Source of the DNA: Candidatus Poseidoniia archaeon
GTDB lineage: Archaea > Thermoplasmatota > Poseidoniia > MGIII > CG-Epi1
NCBI GenBank assembly: GCA_030754655.1
Contig: JASLZX010000004.1
Coordinates: 30,095-94,094, forward strand
DNA: 64,000 bases
Direction of reading: 5' to 3'
Below the pieces are notes generated by a model, which was given only the letters and a program-made list of their open reading frames with translations, was not told where the DNA came from and searched no databases. Position numbers and translations under genes: made by a program. Position 1 is the stretch's first letter. Each line of letters opens with the position of its first letter. This document shows, piece by piece, positions 59,626 through 64,000 of the stretch.

Positions 59626-60551
59626 TGCTCGCCTCCTACCAGCTTTTCGTAGAGCGCTTCGAGGTCCTCGCCGGGCGAGTCGATAGCGTGAATCGCAATC
59701 TTCGCCTTGCGCAGCAGCGGCGGCAGCGCACGGTGGAACGTTTCGGCGTCGGTCGTATCGACCTCGACCCAGTCGCGCTGTAGCGAGACTCCTTCGACCG
59801 ACGGCTGCTCGAGCAGCAGCCGCGCCAGTTGCGGCCGCTGTCCCGCATCGGCAGGAGTAAGCCGCACCTTCTGCCGCACGTGTGGCATCAGCTTCTGGAT
59901 GGCGTGGCGGTCGCCGACGGCGAGCACCTGCCCGCCCGAGAGGAAGACGATGCGGTCGGTCAGCGCCTCGACGTCGTGCAGGATGTGGCTCGAGAGCAGG
60001 ATGGTGCGCCCCGCGTTAGCCCAGCTCCGGATGAGTTCCATCAACAGCCGCCGCGTCGTCGGGTCGGTGCCCTGAAACGGCTCGTCCAGCACCAGCAGGT
60101 TGGGGTCGTGCGCAATCGCCCGTGCGAACTTGGCCTTCTGCCGCATCCCGCGCGAGTAGGTGCGGATGCGCCGCTCCATCGCGTCGCCGAGGCCGACGTC
60201 ATCAAGCAGCGCCGCGGCGCGCTCGCCCGCTTCATCCGGGGCGACACCCTGCAGTTGCAGGAAGTGCGCGACGTATTCGCGGGCAGTCATGTGGTCGTAG
60301 AAGCAGTCGTATTCCGGGACGAAGCCGAAACGGCTGCGCAGCTCCCAGTCGCTGGCCGGATCGCGGCCGTCGATGCGGACGCGTCCCAGCGATGGCCGTG
60401 CCAGCCCCAGCACCAGCTTCATCAGCGTGCTCTTGCCGGCGCCGTTGGGGCCGAGGATGCCGGTGATGCCCGGGCCGAGCTCGAGCGAGACGTTGGAAAC
60501 CCCCTGCACCAGCCCGTAGTTTCGCGTCGCGGCCTCGAGGACGATGCTCAA
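59613..60551 (-). CDS. ABC exporter ATP-binding protein
   Basis: GPNGAGKS, YSRGMRQK, LDEP and SSH motifs. Confidence 0.92.
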   Translation of the reverse strand: MSIVLEAATRNYGLVQGVSNVSLELGPGITGILGPNGAGKSTLMKLVLGLARPSLGRVRIDGRDPASDWELRSRFGFVPEYDCFYDHMTAREYVAHFLQLQGVAPDEAGERAAALLDDVGLGDAMERRIRTYSRGMRQKAKFARAIAHDPNLLVLDEPFQGTDPTTRRLLMELIRSWANAGRTILLSSHILHDVEALTDRIVFLSGGQVLAVGDRHAIQKLMPHVRQKVRLTPADAGQRPQLARLLLEQPSVEGVSLQRDWVEVDTTDAETFHRALPPLLRKAKIAIHAIDSPGEDLEALYEKLVGGEQWKA

Positions 60552-61417
60552 TGGGTCACCTCAAGCCGTTGCAGCCGCAGCGTGACCGCCGAGGCGGTCG
60601 CTGCCCAGATTGCCGCCAGCAGCAGCAGTGGCGTGCGCCAGCCGAGGTCAATCCGGAAGAAAAATCCGTAGACTGTGACCCACTGCGGTGCCTCGAACAT
60701 CTCGTGACCTACCATGTCAAGCAGATGCAACACCGAGAATAGCAGGATGCGCTCGTCCTGCACCAGTCCATAGCCAGTCTCGACAAGGAACGACGGGAAA
60801 TAGACGGCGAGGAAGAAGCCGACCGCAGCGTAACCGCTGCGACCGGTCAGCGCCGAGCACGCCAGCGCCAGCAGCGAGAAGGTAATCGAGACCAGTAGCC
60901 CGTAACCGACCGTTGCCAGTAGCATCCAGCGATGGTCGCCGAACCATCCCAGCGCGTAGCCGGAGTCGGTCCACTGCGCCAGCGCCAGGTAGAGGTTGGG
61001 CGCCAGTGCCGCCAACAGGAAGAGCAGCAGCAGCGTCAGCAGCCGCGCCAGCAGGTAGTCGACGCGGGTCAGCGGCCGCGCTAGGTAGAGGTGAATGGAC
61101 TGGTCGCCGAGGTCGCGCGAAACCAGCTGGCTGCCGGTGATGGCGGCGAGCAGCACCAGCTGGATGCGGATGCCACCGCCCGTCAGGTCACCGTAGAGTC
61201 GCAGGTGAATTTCCTGCGGCGTGAATAACCCCTGTGGCATCACTATCAGCGCAATCAGCAAGGTCTGCGCCCACGCGAGGCCAATCACCAGTAGCACCCA
61301 GCGGTTTCGCACCAGTCGCTCGAACTCGCGCCAGCCCATACCCCAGACAATGGTGCGCCGGTCGGCCAACGCAGCAGTGTAGCGGCGGTAGCGCTCCATC
61401 ACGCGCGCCTCGCTCAC
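60548..61417 (-). CDS. ABC-2 type exporter permease
   Basis: About six TM helices and SRDLGDQSIHLYLARPLTRVDYL motif. Confidence 0.82.
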   Translation of the reverse strand: MSEARVMERYRRYTAALADRRTIVWGMGWREFERLVRNRWVLLVIGLAWAQTLLIALIVMPQGLFTPQEIHLRLYGDLTGGGIRIQLVLLAAITGSQLVSRDLGDQSIHLYLARPLTRVDYLLARLLTLLLLFLLAALAPNLYLALAQWTDSGYALGWFGDHRWMLLATVGYGLLVSITFSLLALACSALTGRSGYAAVGFFLAVYFPSFLVETGYGLVQDERILLFSVLHLLDMVGHEMFEAPQWVTVYGFFFRIDLGWRTPLLLLAAIWAATASAVTLRLQRLEVTH

Positions 61418-62313
61418 TTGACCACCTCGAGGTAAAGGTCCTCAAGCGCCCGCGTCGCGCGCTCCATCTGCAGCAGCGGTGCGCCACTCTCCCCCGCGGC
61501 AGCCAGAATGGCGTCGAAGGTCTCGTCGCCGCGGAAGCCGACGCGCAGCGCCGGGCCGTGCTCCTGCCACTCCAGCTTGCGCTTGTCGAGGGCGGCGCAG
61601 AAGGCGGCGCGCGGTTCGCCGACACGTACCTCGACCCAGTCTTCGAGCCGGGCGAGCAGCGACTCGACTTGCTCTACCATCTGGAGGCGGCCCTGCGAGA
61701 CGATGATGACATGGTCGCAAACCTGCTCGACGTCGTGCAGGATGTGGGTCGAGAGCAGCACGTTGGAGTGCCCCAGCTCGGTCAGCGTGCGAATCGTGCG
61801 CAGCATCTCGCGCCGCGCCTGCGGGTCCAAGCCGGATGTGGGCTCGTCTAGGATAACCAGCTCGGGGCCGTGCACAAGGCCCTGCGCCAGCTTCACCTTC
61901 TGCCGCATCCCGCCGCTGTATTCCGAGATGGGACGATATTTCTCCTCGCCCATGCGCAGGTGGTTGAGCACTTCGTGCGTGCGCTGGATGGCCGCCTGCC
62001 GAGCCATACCGGAAACCTGCGCCATCTCGACCACGAACTCAACGCCGGTAAGCCGGTCGGGGAGGCAGTCGTGCTCCGGCATGTAGCCGATACGCTTCCG
62101 CAATTCGGGACCGGCGGTGGCGACGTTCTCGCCCAGCACCGTGACCGAGCCACCGCTCGGCGCGAAGATGCCGAGTGCCAGCTTGATGAATGTCGATTTC
62201 CCGGCGCCGTTCGGCCCGAGCAGCCCAACGCGGCCTTCGGGGACCTTGACCGAGAGGCCGGCCAGCGCGGTCACCGCGCCGAACTGCTTGACAAGCCTGC
62301 GCGCCTCAATCAC
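61414..62313 (-). CDS. ABC exporter ATP-binding protein
   Basis: GPNGAGKS, YSGGMRQK, LDEPTSGLDP and STH motifs. Confidence 0.92.
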   Translation of the reverse strand: MIEARRLVKQFGAVTALAGLSVKVPEGRVGLLGPNGAGKSTFIKLALGIFAPSGGSVTVLGENVATAGPELRKRIGYMPEHDCLPDRLTGVEFVVEMAQVSGMARQAAIQRTHEVLNHLRMGEEKYRPISEYSGGMRQKVKLAQGLVHGPELVILDEPTSGLDPQARREMLRTIRTLTELGHSNVLLSTHILHDVEQVCDHVIIVSQGRLQMVEQVESLLARLEDWVEVRVGEPRAAFCAALDKRKLEWQEHGPALRVGFRGDETFDAILAAAGESGAPLLQMERATRALEDLYLEVVK

Positions 62314-62342
62314 GGTCGCTCACCAAGCGGGGGGATATTGAA

Positions 62343-64000
62343 CTAACGCAGCGTCGCCTCGACCGCTTGCGCGACCGCAGCCGCCAGCGAGTCACACTCG
62401 CCCAGCAGCGTCTCGAGCGCCACACAGGTCTCGCGGCAGAACGCCTCATCGGGGATTTCCTTCAGGTTGATGCGCACGTTGTAGCCTGCGGCGCGGGCGC
62501 CAGCGTGCGCCAGCAGCGCCCCGGAGCCGACGTCGCTCGCCATCGCGGCGTCCATCAGCGGCGCCATCTCGCCGCAGACCGCGAGCGCGTCGCGGCACTG
62601 CCCGACGGTCGCCAGCGGCACAGCCGTCGCGGCGCGGTAGCCGGCCTCGAGCGCAGCGTCGCGCGTAGCGCGCTGCTCGTCGCTATCCTTGGGCATGCGC
62701 ATCGCCGCAATTACGCCATCGAAGGCGCTGGTGTCTGCGTCGACGCCCGCGACGAGCGCCTCTTTCACCGCTTGCCCGCGCTCGGCGATGCCGGCCAGCG
62801 CATCGTAGTTCGCCGCCTGCGTCCCTTTCGTGGCGGAAAGGTTGGCGACCATCGTCCCGAGCGCAGCGCCCAGCGCGCCGGCAAGCGCCGCGACCGAGCC
62901 GCCGCCGGGGGCGGGCGAGTCGCGCGAAACCTCGTCGACGAAGTCGTAGGTGACGCGGTTGACCAGCTCGCCTTCCTGCTTCGGCATCCCCAGCACCTTG
63001 CTGGCGGGGTTAAAATCAGCGACGTCGCGCAGGCCGAGCGACTGGATTGCCGCCGCGGCAAGGTCGGGAACCGGCAACCCGGGCGATTTTCCCATCCGCC
63101 GCAGGTAGTGGACCGCGGCCTGCCGCAGCACCTCCCACGGTACCAGACCCACGATTTCGGAACCGGTGACGCGGATGCCGCGCTTTCGCGCCTCTTCGCA
63201 GGCGGCGTCGAAGACCTCGTGTAGCGGCGTGGTGCGGAAGTTCGTGACGTTGAAGCTAAGCTGCGCGCAGCCGTATTCGGGGATTTCCCAGCCGATGCCC
63301 TTCAGGTTCGTGAAGCGACCGTCTTTGTAGACCGGCTTGCCGACCAGCGCGCGGGGGTCGAGCCCGCGCGCGCGATACGCCGCCGCCAAGTCGCCACCGT
63401 GCGTTTCGGCATGGTGCGCCGCGAGCGCGTCGAAGTCGACGCCCGCGAAGTCGCAGTTACCGCACGGGAACTCCCCGTCGGCGAAATGGACGATGTCGCC
63501 CTTGTAGTAGAACGCGTCGGGCGACCCGCTGCGCTTCCAGCGGCCGCGCTCGCGCAGCTCGTAGGCGAGCTCGTTGGCGTAGGTGCGGTCGCGCGTGTTC
63601 AGGTTGATGTTCCACGCAATCAGGAACTCACGTGCCCCGACCGCGGTCGCACCACTGCGTGCGTTGAACTCTGCCGGCCCGGCGTCGGGCGCCCCTCCTC
63701 CGAGCCGCTCCGCAAGGCCTTCGTATTCCCCGGCGCGGACCCGCGCCAGGTTGCGGAACTCCGGCGACCGCGCTGCCTCCTCGTAGAACCAGACTGGAAT
63801 ACCGAGTTCGCTGCCGATGCGCTCGCCGGTCGTGTGCGCAATAGCGACGCAGTCGTCCATGTTCACTCCGCTGACCGGCACGAACGGCAGCACGTCGGTG
63901 GCGCCCATGCGGGGGTGCGCACCGGCGTGCGCGCGCATGTCGATGAGTTCGGCCGCGCGGGCGACGCCGGCGAACGCCGCGTCGCCCACGACATCGGGCG
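62343..64000 (-). CDS. ftcd: Bifunctional glutamate formimidoyltransferase / formiminotetrahydrofolate cyclodeaminase (5' end outside window)
   Basis: HPRMGATDVLPFVP, GAREFLIAWNINL and GSEIVGLVP, then cyclodeaminase SPAPGGGSVAA...NVRINL. Confidence 0.92.
   Translation of the reverse strand, partial: PDVVGDAAFAGVARAAELIDMRAHAGAHPRMGATDVLPFVPVSGVNMDDCVAIAHTTGERIGSELGIPVWFYEEAARSPEFRNLARVRAGEYEGLAERLGGGAPDAGPAEFNARSGATAVGAREFLIAWNINLNTRDRTYANELAYELRERGRWKRSGSPDAFYYKGDIVHFADGEFPCGNCDFAGVDFDALAAHHAETHGGDLAAAYRARGLDPRALVGKPVYKDGRFTNLKGIGWEIPEYGCAQLSFNVTNFRTTPLHEVFDAACEEARKRGIRVTGSEIVGLVPWEVLRQAAVHYLRRMGKSPGLPVPDLAAAAIQSLGLRDVADFNPASKVLGMPKQEGELVNRVTYDFVDEVSRDSPAPGGGSVAALAGALGAALGTMVANLSATKGTQAANYDALAGIAERGQAVKEALVAGVDADTSAFDGVIAAMRMPKDSDEQRATRDAALEAGYRAATAVPLATVGQCRDALAVCGEMAPLMDAAMASDVGSGALLAHAGARAAGYNVRINLKEIPDEAFCRETCVALETLLGECDSLAAAVAQAVEATLR

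Overview
This is a very compact, high-GC (about 65-70% in hand-sampled lines) archaeal chromosome segment. Gene content points to a marine Thermoplasmatota, Marine Group II/III-like (inference): archaeal TrpRS, an XRE regulator-HMG-CoA synthase-thiolase-DUF35 mevalonate operon, pyruvoyl arginine decarboxylase, an A24 prepilin peptidase, PGF-CTERM-like tails and TATA boxes about 25 nt before start codons. It carries a bacterial-type lipA-bkdA1A2B-lpd-lipB operon, IDI1-GGPP synthase, peptidases, a PKD-bearing dipeptide ABC system with fused permeases, tRNA-Ala(TGC), an iodotyrosine deiodinase-like gene with an MFS transporter, dnaJ, an ABC-2 exporter and a fused formiminotransferase-cyclodeaminase. 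The main observations are: (1) an ~8 kb extracytoplasmic thiol-redox/copper cluster at 19.3-27.4 kb (redoxin-CcdA fusion, two Omp28-like CXXC surface proteins, fRMsr remnant, His-motif protein, SCO with His/acidic repeat, His-rich LVIVD propeller); (2) a 43-aa membrane module shared at 72% identity between a small zinc-ribbon protein and the linker of the fused permease; (3) a canonical C2H2 zinc finger inserted in FTCD; (4) a mevalonate thiolase lacking both catalytic cysteines; (5) surface genes with host-like ends and low-GC interiors, plus single-gene AT-rich islands; (6) a Rieske oxygenase broken by one in-frame TAA. No CRISPR array, rRNA, integrase or transposase was seen. All calls come from motif recognition by eye; no searches were run.
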